This document shows positions 55,701-64,000 of a stretch of 64,000 nt of DNA, one piece after another. Both the position numbers and the translations under genes were made by a program. Within the stretch, counting starts at the first letter, position 1. Each line of letters starts with the position of its first letter. Below the pieces are notes generated by a model, which made no database searches, was not told the DNA's origin, and worked only from the letters and a program-made list of their open reading frames with translations. The stretch is from contig JAQZBV010000002.1 in NCBI GenBank assembly GCA_029237685.1, forward strand, positions 3,423 through 67,422, written 5' to 3'. Source of the stretch: Cytophagaceae bacterium. GTDB taxonomy: Bacteria; Bacteroidota; Bacteroidia; Cytophagales; Cytophagaceae.

Positions 55701-58700
55701 GGTCCGGGCAACGGCTCTGCTTGTGTTAAAGGATTAGCTTCTGTTCAAACTATTTCTGGAAATTATGAATCCAATGATCAGCTAGATGTTTTTCCTTATG
55801 AAATAAGAACCTTTAGCCGTACTGAAAAGATGAGATTTGTATTGGCAAAAGGTTATAAACTAAATAAGGCTTCGTCTTATTTGCAATCCGTGATGTCATT
55901 TAGGGAAAATGGAAGCTTCGATTATACTACCTACAATGAGCTTAAATCGTTCGATAAATTATTAGCTTCTCAAATTGTAAGTAAAGGACCAGCTATAGAA
56001 GTTTACAATGGAAATTCTTATGTAGTAGGAGAAATCTTTGAGGTCGATATTAATTACAACAGCTTATTGACTTACAGGGATGCTGCTTTTGTGACGCAAT
56101 ACCCTATTCCTGTTGGAGGTACTTTCTCTGATTATAATGAATTTATCAGACAATATATGTATTTAGATTTTAGTCCGGATTGTGCAACAAATATCTTAGA
56201 CTATTTTGAATATACGGATGATCCGGCATACCGGGCAGGTGCAAATTGGGTAGACTATAATAAGTACTTCCATATACAAGGACCCAAAGCCATCGTGAAA
56301 ACATACGATAGCGATAAACATATCTTTTCCAACACTCCAATAACAACTGCAAGTTTGGTAGGAAGAGCCTGGTACAGTAAACCAAGCGCTGACTTGTGGG
56401 GAGGATCATCCTCCCCGATTGTAATGTTGACGAAAACCGTAGCGAATGTTGACATATTTAAGAAGGTAAGTAAAATACCTTTTAAACTCACAGCTGTGGA
56501 TCAATCAGCGAATGTTTTCATGTATTTTACAACTAAAAATGGCAAAGTTATATTAGGAAACCTTATAAGGACTAATCCTGATAATTCCACACAAGTGTTT
56601 TCAAAAGTACAAGGCGTATATCAATTAGGGAATCTAACCTATGGCCAAATATTTGATTTTAACCTGGAAGTGCAGTTTCAATGCAATGAAATAAAAGACG
56701 ATGAACTGTATTTGCATGTTGGTTATACCTGCGACAATAGCTACCCGACATTTATTGATGGTGTTTTAGATAAAGTCCCTTGCGGCATCATGAATGAAGC
56801 GATTCGTATCATTGAATCGAATGCTGACATGTCTGTGAGTTATAACAGCAATGAGGTAACTTGCAGTAATATCAGTCATGAAATAAAAATGACTTCTTTG
56901 CTGGACGGAGGATTGTATGATTTTAAACCTGCCGTGCAATTGCCAGCTACGATGACTTATAAAACTGGATCTGCAAAACTACAGGTTTATGAAATAGTGA
57001 ACAATACCCCTGTGTTGATGAAAGATCAATATGGGGCAGACATTCTGTTCACTTTAACTGATCCGATAATTTCATCTTCTAATTTATTATCATGGGATTT
57101 GACAGATCTGGCGGGGTTAGATGATCTTTATATACATGGAGGCGGCTATGCTTTGTTGACGTTCGATTCAGCGCCTGCTTGTGGAATAACAAGTGATGTG
57201 GTAAACGCAAGTGCAACGGCTACTACTTATTGCAACCTTTCTGTTTCTAAGGGCTTGCTAAATCCCTCTACAGTTACTTTTGCTACACCTTGTTCAGCTA
57301 TCGTAACGTTAATAGGCTCAGATCATATTTGTCCTGAGTCATCAGGTACATTGACCGCTCAACTATCAGGATTTGCTATCAGCGATGCAAATTACACTTG
57401 GTATAAAGTAGTCAATGGCAATCGTGAATTATTGAGAGGTCCAGATCATACCAATACTTACACGCATTACGGCTTAGCGGAAACGACCACTTTCGAAGTG
57501 GTCGTGAGTTCAGAGAATAGTGCCTGCACTATTTCTGATTCTAAAACGGTTTCCTTGTATCCTTTAGCACCAATTGAGATTCAGGCACCTGCTGAATTTT
57601 GTATAGGATCAGCACCTGTTGGAATAATAGGATTACCTGCCGGTGGTTATTTTGACGGCCCCGGAGTGACGCTTATATCTTCAGGAGTTTACACCTTCTC
57701 TGCAACAGCAGCTGGTACTTATGACATTTACTATCATTATCCTGATCCGGTAACGGGTTGTACTGGTTCTAAGAAGCACACCATCATTGCTAGCGCTTGT
57801 TGTAAATATGCGTTGGCTTCGACGGAAGTCATGTGTGGCGAAGATGCCATCAGATGCATTACCTTGAAAGCAGTAAAACCGGTCGATGACGGGATCAAAG
57901 GAATGGACTTTACCCTGCGTTACGATAGAACACTGATGAGACCGACCGGTATACCGGGAAGAGGCAATGCTACGTTGGGTCCTGTGGTATTGAACGGCCC
58001 CATGAGTAATGGAATGGGAAGTTATGCGATGACGGAACGCACGGTTTCTAATTCAAACTTAAATGAATTACATGTGAGTATCTTTTACACCGGTCAGGCA
58101 CCTGCCACTGCCGACTTTGATGGCATAGGCGATGTGATTTGTATAGAATTTAAGATTTTAGGAACAGCGACTGCGGGATTATATGGCACCACGAAATATA
58201 TAACCATCGGTGATATCTATGGCGGGGCCTTTTCACAAGGCGTGGTTGACGATGAACATAAATTGTTTATCATCAGATCTTGTGTGGAAAACAATGGTGA
58301 GGGGATTATTTCTATTACTAAAAATAATTTCTTAAAGGGTAAGATCATGTATCATAACGATGGGAATGCACCGTTGCGCTACGATGTTAGCAGTACTCCA
58401 AGCCCATACCTGATCACTACGATTCAACCGGTTACTACAGATTATGGATCTCCATTGTGTAATCCTACTTCTGTTAATACTACAACAACCGATATCAACG
58501 GTTTGTATACGATTGACTTGACTGGAGGAAACGGATTGAAACTGGACAGAGACATCAACGGAGATTATTATAATTCTTGTACCAGTACAGAAGATGTGAT
58601 AGATCAAAACGGGAATGTATACAAGCCTGCTAGTCCTGCATCTATTTTAGTTTCGCTTAATGGTTACGATGCCTACTTAATGGAATCCATCACGACTATG

Positions 58701-59912
58701 AGAAATCCATCGGACGTAGTTTATGTGATTGACCGAAAGGTTCCTGGCGTTATAGTGAATACTACAGCGAATACTTTATTCCCAACTCCATTCCAAATGA
58801 TTGCTTCCGATGTGAACATGGATAGAAAAGTAAGAGCAGTAGATATCACATTAGTTCAGCAAAGAGCGGTTTCTAAATTATGTGAATATCCTCAGGTGTG
58901 GAATTATAATTTAGGACTGGATCCGGCAGTATATCCTGCAAACACAACAGATCAACGTTCCTTGGATTGGAGATTTGTAGATAAAAACCAGATTTCAACT
59001 AATTTGAGCTATAGAAAATCAACAAGCTATCCTTTCCCGGCTGGGACGACGGGTACCGCTGCCGGATATTATTGGAGAGACAATGTTCCGTCTCCTCCAA
59101 GATGCCTCATGGGACCTGGGGCCAATACGAATGCTTGTAAGTCTTATGCCAACAACTTTGATATTCATGCGATCATGCTGGGAGATATTGACGGAAGCTG
59201 GAGAGCAAACTTGAATGGCGCGCAACAGAATCTAAGAACGGAATCAGAGCATAAGGTTGTGATCAAAGCTGGAAACAAACAACAGATCGGAGTCAATACG
59301 TATAGAATACCTGTGACTTTCGTTTCTCAGGATGCCGCCACAGTCTCTTTAGATTTTGCCTTGAATTATGATGAAGAACAAATAGGTATTCAAGATGTAG
59401 GTAATTTCGAGGCGGCAAATATTGCTTCAGCCAATGTGGTTTATAATGACTTCGAAAATAAGGAACTGCTTTTCACATCGTACACGATGACTGGGTTTAA
59501 CTCCTCTTCACCTATTTATTATCTGGATGTCTTAGCAAAGAATGGTGAGTTTAATGCGAACATGTTAGGAAGCGGTGATGGATACTTGAACGGTCAAAGG
59601 GTAGAGTTGGTGGTGGAAGGATCAACCATAACAGGTATCGACGATCTTGTGTCGGGATCTCAATACGGCTTTGAGCTTGTCCCAAATCCTACATCTGATC
59701 AGGGCGAGATTGTTTACAATATCAAATCAGGTACTCAAGCCAAAATAGCAGTATACAATACTTTGGGTCAAGTAGTGACCGAGTATACAAATTTAGAAGG
59801 TCAAGGTAATATACAGGTAGGCACTTCGACCTGGAGTTCCGGTATGTACCAAGTGATTTTGTTTACTGAAAATTCTCAGAAGTTGATTAAGAAATGGGTG
59901 ATACAAAACTAA
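52719..59912 (+). CDS. Giant (2397-aa) T9SS-secreted surface protein with CARDB/Ig-like modules, cohesin-like and dockerin-like segments and a C-terminal sorting domain
   Basis: Signal peptide MNTLRKFFLFVLALLVWECQTLYAQ. CARDB-like segment NLTVTDMNLYDFG...FRVQNTGNARANNVY. Cohesin-like segments near nt 57798-58240 and 59250-59630. Dockerin-like segment ASDVNMDRKVRAVDITLVQQRAV. C-terminal domain LVPNPTSDQGEIVYNI...GMYQVILFTE. Confidence 0.85.
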   Translation: MNTLRKFFLFVLALLVWECQTLYAQVNPVNVNGVSVTVSSKQTNSINPSKFDLNTCEENFVQFDFNNTGSAAVENFVITTQPNADVLMLYSQLTDPNLLVDVANRSVTVAALPVGLSSLHIPIKASCENFKSTTHSSTSTLTFDYQNASVAQSQSIDFVITSGVLGYVASDDTHPGENISYTGHKGDVFTRRYNFQITEHAFHGILHMEEIIPAAPSAQLQIQSLELRINGQSKWIETTGLIDPLTNNLSRDIILDNVPLNATVEIFETVKIIGCPAGTGKLTFTYGCEASSCIPLRQMDLATNLGAEKPNLTVTDMNLYDFGTCLASSDNIVRRKFRVQNTGNARANNVYTSLRGGGSTIFPVNIVPLSSITITGSNAQVQSAIIHDPEYSSTLSDKRGFTSNASGSGVCFQDDLIIYEQGSIKVLALEPGEYIDIEWEERTCCVSNDKTNNYTLNAYGLMDTKCDNECGGYYAAPYWVSTDDHANMTAASMIELTGINNMFGCFTCTGGCGSNPAGTCDDLTLNNPSASTDYTETLKFKNNGFKLFTPNAYDFFPIDYKKFKLVIDFAVDGKLLLAPQSASNRGNISLKDGNGMIYHPVSQTALSKNEIFTLFGATDIPLNATDAGARAVFEFDPEVIFGIGANEFITTYQSHDLQIRMQSFINSLETSFEVSGVCSRPVNSEGLSNYFERIYLVPDGDDCPECKLAIGSYSDYIIVNCPGCVFPGVLVKGYEVERITIGEVDADNNGLRDAGGVTATGSPNLKMMTDNDIFKATTVTTLWSGTTKTYGSGANTGTLEQEPGFSSRFLTNFARLDLIGPYGNFIDVVVSTDHPIVVNYTQAGTSYHFVFSNNSDNIWTSNGTGHFLFQFPISLIRQKLQTAYGFNASQAAQFNYEADDQAEITAYYKVKPDFDLGSKYYESVDVATRCFYSDRFKDITIIDEADPASPYGISGSLKSTEVSSLRPYLNYVCEAYGSGFILADLKQTFSFYGAGPGNGSACVKGLASVQTISGNYESNDQLDVFPYEIRTFSRTEKMRFVLAKGYKLNKASSYLQSVMSFRENGSFDYTTYNELKSFDKLLASQIVSKGPAIEVYNGNSYVVGEIFEVDINYNSLLTYRDAAFVTQYPIPVGGTFSDYNEFIRQYMYLDFSPDCATNILDYFEYTDDPAYRAGANWVDYNKYFHIQGPKAIVKTYDSDKHIFSNTPITTASLVGRAWYSKPSADLWGGSSSPIVMLTKTVANVDIFKKVSKIPFKLTAVDQSANVFMYFTTKNGKVILGNLIRTNPDNSTQVFSKVQGVYQLGNLTYGQIFDFNLEVQFQCNEIKDDELYLHVGYTCDNSYPTFIDGVLDKVPCGIMNEAIRIIESNADMSVSYNSNEVTCSNISHEIKMTSLLDGGLYDFKPAVQLPATMTYKTGSAKLQVYEIVNNTPVLMKDQYGADILFTLTDPIISSSNLLSWDLTDLAGLDDLYIHGGGYALLTFDSAPACGITSDVVNASATATTYCNLSVSKGLLNPSTVTFATPCSAIVTLIGSDHICPESSGTLTAQLSGFAISDANYTWYKVVNGNRELLRGPDHTNTYTHYGLAETTTFEVVVSSENSACTISDSKTVSLYPLAPIEIQAPAEFCIGSAPVGIIGLPAGGYFDGPGVTLISSGVYTFSATAAGTYDIYYHYPDPVTGCTGSKKHTIIASACCKYALASTEVMCGEDAIRCITLKAVKPVDDGIKGMDFTLRYDRTLMRPTGIPGRGNATLGPVVLNGPMSNGMGSYAMTERTVSNSNLNELHVSIFYTGQAPATADFDGIGDVICIEFKILGTATAGLYGTTKYITIGDIYGGAFSQGVVDDEHKLFIIRSCVENNGEGIISITKNNFLKGKIMYHNDGNAPLRYDVSSTPSPYLITTIQPVTTDYGSPLCNPTSVNTTTTDINGLYTIDLTGGNGLKLDRDINGDYYNSCTSTEDVIDQNGNVYKPASPASILVSLNGYDAYLMESITTMRNPSDVVYVIDRKVPGVIVNTTANTLFPTPFQMIASDVNMDRKVRAVDITLVQQRAVSKLCEYPQVWNYNLGLDPAVYPANTTDQRSLDWRFVDKNQISTNLSYRKSTSYPFPAGTTGTAAGYYWRDNVPSPPRCLMGPGANTNACKSYANNFDIHAIMLGDIDGSWRANLNGAQQNLRTESEHKVVIKAGNKQQIGVNTYRIPVTFVSQDAATVSLDFALNYDEEQIGIQDVGNFEAANIASANVVYNDFENKELLFTSYTMTGFNSSSPIYYLDVLAKNGEFNANMLGSGDGYLNGQRVELVVEGSTITGIDDLVSGSQYGFELVPNPTSDQGEIVYNIKSGTQAKIAVYNTLGQVVTEYTNLEGQGNIQVGTSTWSSGMYQVILFTENSQKLIKKWVIQN

Positions 59913-59934
59913 TTTCAAATAAATAATTCTTTAA

Positions 59935-59975
59935 AACGCCATCAGCAAATAACTTGCTGATGGCGTTATTTATTT
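59935..59975 (+). terminator. Intrinsic terminator after the giant gene
   Basis: aacgccatcagcaa ataac ttgctgatggcgtt followed by atttattt. Confidence 0.85.
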
Positions 59976-60007
59976 AAGTAATTAGTCCTTAAACTATATT
60001 TTACATT

Positions 60008-60664
60008 ATGAAAGAAATATTTTTTTGCTTGCTGATTGTTCTTTCAGCATCTAGTAGCAACGCTCAGGTTCTTACAACCAAGAAAAATGGAGGAGATAAG
60101 CAAGCAAGCAATCTTTTTGCAAGCGCAGGTGTTTCATTACCACAGGGCTATCAGACACATGATAATATTAGTGGTGTAAGAGCTTCTGCAGGGCCTATTG
60201 TTTCAATGGGATATCATTATTTTTTCAGCAAAAGATGGGGAATGGGTTTGGTAGGTAGTGGTGGTGTATATAAAAGCGAAGAGGTTCATAGAATCAATTT
60301 TGATCGATATACTTCTCGCTCAAATGAGAACTGGCAGAAAGCACAGCTATATATAAGCGGTTCTTTCACGCCTCTTTTAGGAAAGAAATTGGCCATCGAT
60401 ATTGTTCAAGGTATAGGAGTATACTATATGAGAGAACCCGCATATGAATATTCAATATACGGTAGTGCTTACCAAGGAGTGCCGGCAAAAAAGGATTGGC
60501 AAAATGCCTACAATATAGGACTCAAGGGTAGAGTATTGATGAAAGACAACATTGCTTTATTACTGGGTGCCAATTATTTCTATAATTTGAATAACAGGAA
60601 AAATGTTCGAATAGGATTTGAAGCCGGTGATTTTCAATTAGGAGTTATTGTGAATCTAAAATAA
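60008..60664 (+). CDS. Hypothetical secreted protein, small outer-membrane beta-barrel-like
   Basis: 218 aa with signal peptide ...LSASSSNAQ and alternating Gly/Tyr-rich strand-like segments. No family was recognised. Confidence 0.5.
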   Translation: MKEIFFCLLIVLSASSSNAQVLTTKKNGGDKQASNLFASAGVSLPQGYQTHDNISGVRASAGPIVSMGYHYFFSKRWGMGLVGSGGVYKSEEVHRINFDRYTSRSNENWQKAQLYISGSFTPLLGKKLAIDIVQGIGVYYMREPAYEYSIYGSAYQGVPAKKDWQNAYNIGLKGRVLMKDNIALLLGANYFYNLNNRKNVRIGFEAGDFQLGVIVNLK

Positions 60665-60765
60665 GATAATATTGACTCAAAATGGTTTATCCATAAATAG
60701 TACCGGTTAAAAGGTAATTGGCAATGTTAACCGTGCTTTATTTAGATTAACTTTCCATAAATAAA

Positions 60766-62253
60766 GTGGCATTGATCGAAGTTCAAAACATCACGTTACT
60801 TACAGAGGATAAAATCATCCTCGATAACATTTCCTTCTCTCTTCAAAAAGGACAGGCTTTAGCTATTGTTGGTCCTTCTGGCAGCGGTAAAACCACCTTA
60901 GGCAAAATCATTGCAGGGCAATGGTCCGCTACAAGCGGAGAGTTGATTTTCCCACTGGGAATCAAACGAATCTTTATTCCGCAGCAACACGACTTTCGTT
61001 ATTTATCTTCCACTCGTTCTTATTACCAGCAGCGTTACGACAGCAATGTAGAAGATGATACGCCTACCGTAGCGCAACTGTTTCAAAAAATATCGTCGGA
61101 AGATTTTTCTGAATGGGCCAAGCTCTTAAAGTTAGATCATCTCTTAAATAGCCGCTTGACGCTCTTGTCTAACGGCGAAGGCAAGCGGGTACAGTTGACT
61201 CAAGCTTTATTACAAAAAACAGAGTTGCTGGTATTGGATAATCCATTCATTGGTTTGGATACAGCATCCAGGGCATTGTTGCATGAGATCATCCGACAAT
61301 TTATCGCACGTGGAATCCTTGTTGTCCTCATCACGACATATAATGAAATCCCTGCATCAATGACTCATGTGCTTGAGTTAGCGGATGGTCATGTCAAACA
61401 ATTTATTTCAAGATCGTCTTTTGTGTCACCTCTAGAAGAAAAGTCAGAGCAAGAGGTGATCAATGCAGATGCATTGGATCTTTTAGGAGTTCCTGAAGAA
61501 GAATATTTTGAAGCAGCCGTACGAATGCAGCATGTGACGGTGAGTTACGGTGATAAACTCATACTTGATAACATAAACTGGGAAGTCAAACGAGGAGAGC
61601 AATGGGCAATCATCGGTCCTAACGGTGCGGGCAAGTCCACACTATTGAGTCTGATCAACGGGGATAATCCTCAAGCTTACAGCAATGAAATTTATTTGTT
61701 TGATCAACGAAGAGGTTCCGGCGAAAGTATCTGGGACATCAAACGAAAGATAGGATTCATCTCGCCGGAGTTGCATATTTATTTTCAAAGAGACGTCAGT
61801 CATACCGAAGCGGTGGCGATTTCTTCGGGAGAACCTTCTCCCATAAAATTTTCACAAGCAAAAATAACCTGCGAAGATGTGGTGACCTCAGGATTCAATG
61901 ATCAGGTGGGTTCTTCTCAAGGTGTTACAGCACTGCAACGCAAACAAGCCTTGCGTTGGATGAATCTTTTGCAGATCAAACACCTCAGTGATCAGAACAT
62001 GTACGATGCTTCTTTAGGAGAGCAGCGATTGGTTTTGTTGGCCAGAGCCCTGGTTAAGAATCCTGCGCTATTGATCTTAGATGAACCTTGTCAGGGTTTG
62101 GATGCGGAACAAACGAAACGATTTACGGAAGTGGTAGATGCCGTGTGCAGACACTTTAATAAAACGTTGATTTATATTTCACACTATAAACAGGATATTC
62201 CAATGTGTGTGACTAAAGTATTGACATTGGAGAAGGGGAAGGTTATTAATTAG
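60766..62253 (+). CDS. modF: ModF-like double-ABC ATPase (no membrane domain)
   Basis: 495 aa with a GTG start. There are two ABC halves (GPSGSGKTT / LSNGEGKR; GPNGAGKST / LSLGEQR). NGDNPQAYSNEIYLFDQRRGSGESIWDIKRKIGFISPELH closely resembles E. coli ModF. Confidence 0.8.
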   Translation: MALIEVQNITLLTEDKIILDNISFSLQKGQALAIVGPSGSGKTTLGKIIAGQWSATSGELIFPLGIKRIFIPQQHDFRYLSSTRSYYQQRYDSNVEDDTPTVAQLFQKISSEDFSEWAKLLKLDHLLNSRLTLLSNGEGKRVQLTQALLQKTELLVLDNPFIGLDTASRALLHEIIRQFIARGILVVLITTYNEIPASMTHVLELADGHVKQFISRSSFVSPLEEKSEQEVINADALDLLGVPEEEYFEAAVRMQHVTVSYGDKLILDNINWEVKRGEQWAIIGPNGAGKSTLLSLINGDNPQAYSNEIYLFDQRRGSGESIWDIKRKIGFISPELHIYFQRDVSHTEAVAISSGEPSPIKFSQAKITCEDVVTSGFNDQVGSSQGVTALQRKQALRWMNLLQIKHLSDQNMYDASLGEQRLVLLARALVKNPALLILDEPCQGLDAEQTKRFTEVVDAVCRHFNKTLIYISHYKQDIPMCVTKVLTLEKGKVIN

Positions 62254-62528
62254 TTTGTCATATTGATGAGTTCGGTTTTCGCTCGATCCTCTTACTTTTC
62301 TTTGGCGCTGCCCAAAGAAAAGTAACAAAATAAAAAGGCGCCAAGAAAACCAATTAAAGAAGACATCTGCGGTTCCTTTAAACGACACGTTGTTAATTCC
62401 TGACAATGTCTTCTTTAATTCGCTCTTTTCGTGGACGCCCACCGCACCTATTTTCACTATAAAACTCAAAAGCTTCGCGTTAGGGATTGAGCCATTGTCT
62501 GAGCTCTTCCCGCTTTTTCAGCGGGAAA

Positions 62529-62563
62529 GCGAGTGGCGAAAGCCCGGCCCGAAGGGAACGCCC
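62529..62563. repeat. GC-rich repeat related to 32814-32865 (shares gcgagtggcgaaagcccggccc, lacks the internal hairpin)
   Basis: Direct comparison of the two loci. Confidence 0.8.
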
Positions 62564-62712
62564 AAGAACATCTTAGTACCTCTCTATTCTACTTTCACAT
62601 TTCATTCTTCAAGGCTAATCTGTCAACATTTTAACTATACCTTAAAAAAGGTAATGTAATTGACCTTATTTGTTATTAAACTGCTTATCTTAATTTTAAA
62701 ATACAATCTCCT

Positions 62713-63228
62713 ATGCTAACCAAAGAAATGGAAAAACTGATCAACGATCAGTTCAACAAAGAATTATACTCCGTGAACTTATACTTGTCGATGAGTTCTT
62801 ATTTCAAGTCCCGCGACCTGGACGGCTTCGCGCATTTCTTCCGCATTCAGGCGAAAGAGGAAAACATGCATGCCATGAAACAGTTTGATTACATTCATCA
62901 GGTAGATGGTGTCATAGCGATGCAGGAAGTGGCCGCTCCGCCAAACACTTTTGAGTCCATCAAACAGGTGTTTGAATTGTCATTGACTCATGAGCGATTG
63001 GTAACAAAAAGCATTTACAACATAGTTGAACAAGCTTTGAACGATAAAGATTTTGCTACGCATGCTTTTTTCCAGTGGTTCATCACCGAACAGGTAGAAG
63101 AAGAGGCTACTGTGAAGACCTTAATCAAAAAAATCGAGATGATTGGTGACAACAGCAGTTCCCTGTATTTATTGAACGATGAACTGTTGAAACGTCCATC
63201 TGTTGTACCGGATGTTGAACTTAAATAA
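62713..63228 (+). CDS. Non-haem ferritin
   Basis: 171 aa beginning LINDQFNKELYSVNLYLSMSSYF, with EENMHAMK and further ferroxidase-centre context in a four-helix-bundle pattern. Confidence 0.92.
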   Translation: MLTKEMEKLINDQFNKELYSVNLYLSMSSYFKSRDLDGFAHFFRIQAKEENMHAMKQFDYIHQVDGVIAMQEVAAPPNTFESIKQVFELSLTHERLVTKSIYNIVEQALNDKDFATHAFFQWFITEQVEEEATVKTLIKKIEMIGDNSSSLYLLNDELLKRPSVVPDVELK

Positions 63229-63237
63229 ATATAAACA

Positions 63238-63268
63238 CCCTTTCCAACTCAGAAAGGGCGGTTTTTTT
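63238..63268 (+). terminator. Probable intrinsic terminator after the ferritin gene
   Basis: ccctttc caactca gaaaggg cgg ttttttt (7-bp stem, T7). Confidence 0.6.
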
Positions 63269-63341
63269 GTCCCATATTAAGTAGTTTTTATTTGGATTTA
63301 TTCTAAATAAGCCATAAGTTTGTGGCTGCTAAATAGGAACT

Positions 63342-63500
63342 ATGGAACAAATTCAGCCTGTGAACAACGTAAATGAAGACTGTGGATTCTGTCCGCTAGT
63401 GAGTTTGTTTGATAAAGAAGGATGTGATTTGATTCGGAAAAAGTGTTGCAAAAAATATAAGACGAAAGGCAAGCATTGCAAGAAATGCCCCAAAGTATAA
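63342..63500 (+). CDS. Small (52-aa) Cys/Lys-rich protein missing from the ORF track
   Basis: ATG 63342 to TAA 63498-63500: MEQIQPVNNVNEDCGFCPLVSLFDKEGCDLIRKKCCKKYKTKGKHCKKCPKV. It has 7 Cys, including CGFC and CKKC pairs. A strong plus-strand terminator follows 18 nt downstream. Confidence 0.55.
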   Translation: MEQIQPVNNVNEDCGFCPLVSLFDKEGCDLIRKKCCKKYKTKGKHCKKCPKV

Positions 63501-63517
63501 TCTGATGATACTCATCT

Positions 63518-63553
63518 AGAAGACCCCGGTTCAAAAGACCGGGGTCTTTTTTT
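63518..63553 (+). terminator. Strong intrinsic terminator (agaccccggt tcaaaag accggggtct + T7)
   Basis: 10-13-bp GC-rich stem followed by a T-run on the plus strand only. Confidence 0.85.
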
Positions 63554-63905
63554 ATTTTATATTTTAGTGATAAACGTCATGAGGCTTAATTGCTTAAATG
63601 CATTTTTTATGGAAGGCTATTTCAGTTTCAATAGTACTGTTAAACTATCGCCTTACATTCTCATCCAACACGCGTCACGAGAAGAACTATTTTGTTCTGA
63701 GAATAAATTTACCCATTCAATTCTTGTGATTTAAAATGTAGAGTACTACATCCTCAATACTTTACGATCAATAAAAATTGTATACGCTTAAAATGTATTA
63801 TATTTGAACTTGGATAAAACTGGCATAACAAATTTTAGTGATTCCAGGTTGTCTTCTCATCATTCGCTACCCATTGAATTCTTTAGTACCCTGTATTTAT
63901 AATTT

Positions 63906-64000
63906 ATGAAAAGAAGCTTACGATTTTTAAAATCAAGCCATGCACTGCTGTGCCTATTCCTTAGCACTTTATTATTTAGTACTCAAGCCCACGCTAACAC
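63906..64000 (+). CDS. 5' end of a secreted protein gene (truncated by the window edge)
   Basis: ATG 63906 gives MKRSLRFLKSSHALLCLFLSTLLFSTQAHAN..., a signal-peptide-like sequence that runs off the window. Confidence 0.5.
   Translation, partial: MKRSLRFLKSSHALLCLFLSTLLFSTQAHAN

Noticed and set aside
62179-62659. ORFs 62179-62469 (minus, 96 aa) and 62390-62659 (plus, 89 aa)
   Set aside because: They overlap each other, the ModF-like 3' end and several hairpins and repeats. No motifs, signal or conserved features are visible.
63340-63534. 64-aa minus-strand ORF
   Set aside because: Its start lies inside a plus-strand intrinsic terminator hairpin. The plus-strand 52-codon Cys-rich ORF followed by that terminator explains the locus better.

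Overview
This 64-kb window is chromosomal DNA from a Bacteroidota genome. The phylum call rests on two proteins with T9SS C-terminal sorting domains, a gldH lipoprotein gene downstream of a PSP1 gene with a Cys/Gly-rich N-terminus, and TAnnTTTG-type -7 boxes. I support about 45 protein genes. Most are housekeeping: purD, recQ, a manC-like gene, rlmB, hemA, atpD-atpC, menA, mltG, ferritin, an M42 peptidase, Ppx/GppA, a ModF-like double ABC ATPase and an MsbA-like exporter. The rest are envelope or secreted proteins. I recognised no rRNA, tRNA, CRISPR array, transposase or integrase. Several ORF-track starts are over-extended through intergenic repeats and were trimmed. The most interesting items are: (1) a prokaryotic pentameric ligand-gated ion channel fused to a type-I periplasmic-binding domain (13650-15782), the last gene of a tightly coupled ricT(PSP1)-gldH-x-DUF1624-pLGIC string; (2) a 2397-aa T9SS cargo carrying cohesin-like and dockerin-like modules; (3) a signal-peptide protein with six DnaJ-type CxxCxGxG zinc-finger motifs, translationally coupled to an MFS transporter and MenA; (4) a secreted TPR-CHAT protein paired with a small outer-membrane barrel; (5) a DUF4011-type SF1 helicase with a ~600-aa insertion between motifs I and II; (6) families of long intergenic hairpins built from tandem short 'words' (AACTAAC, GAGAACTGAAAAC, GCTAGGAG, GTGTCAGG, GTGGTCAGT). 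These hairpins sit at nearly every gene 3' end and in several cases supply the stop codon or last residues of the gene. All family assignments come from reading motifs by eye. No database search was run.
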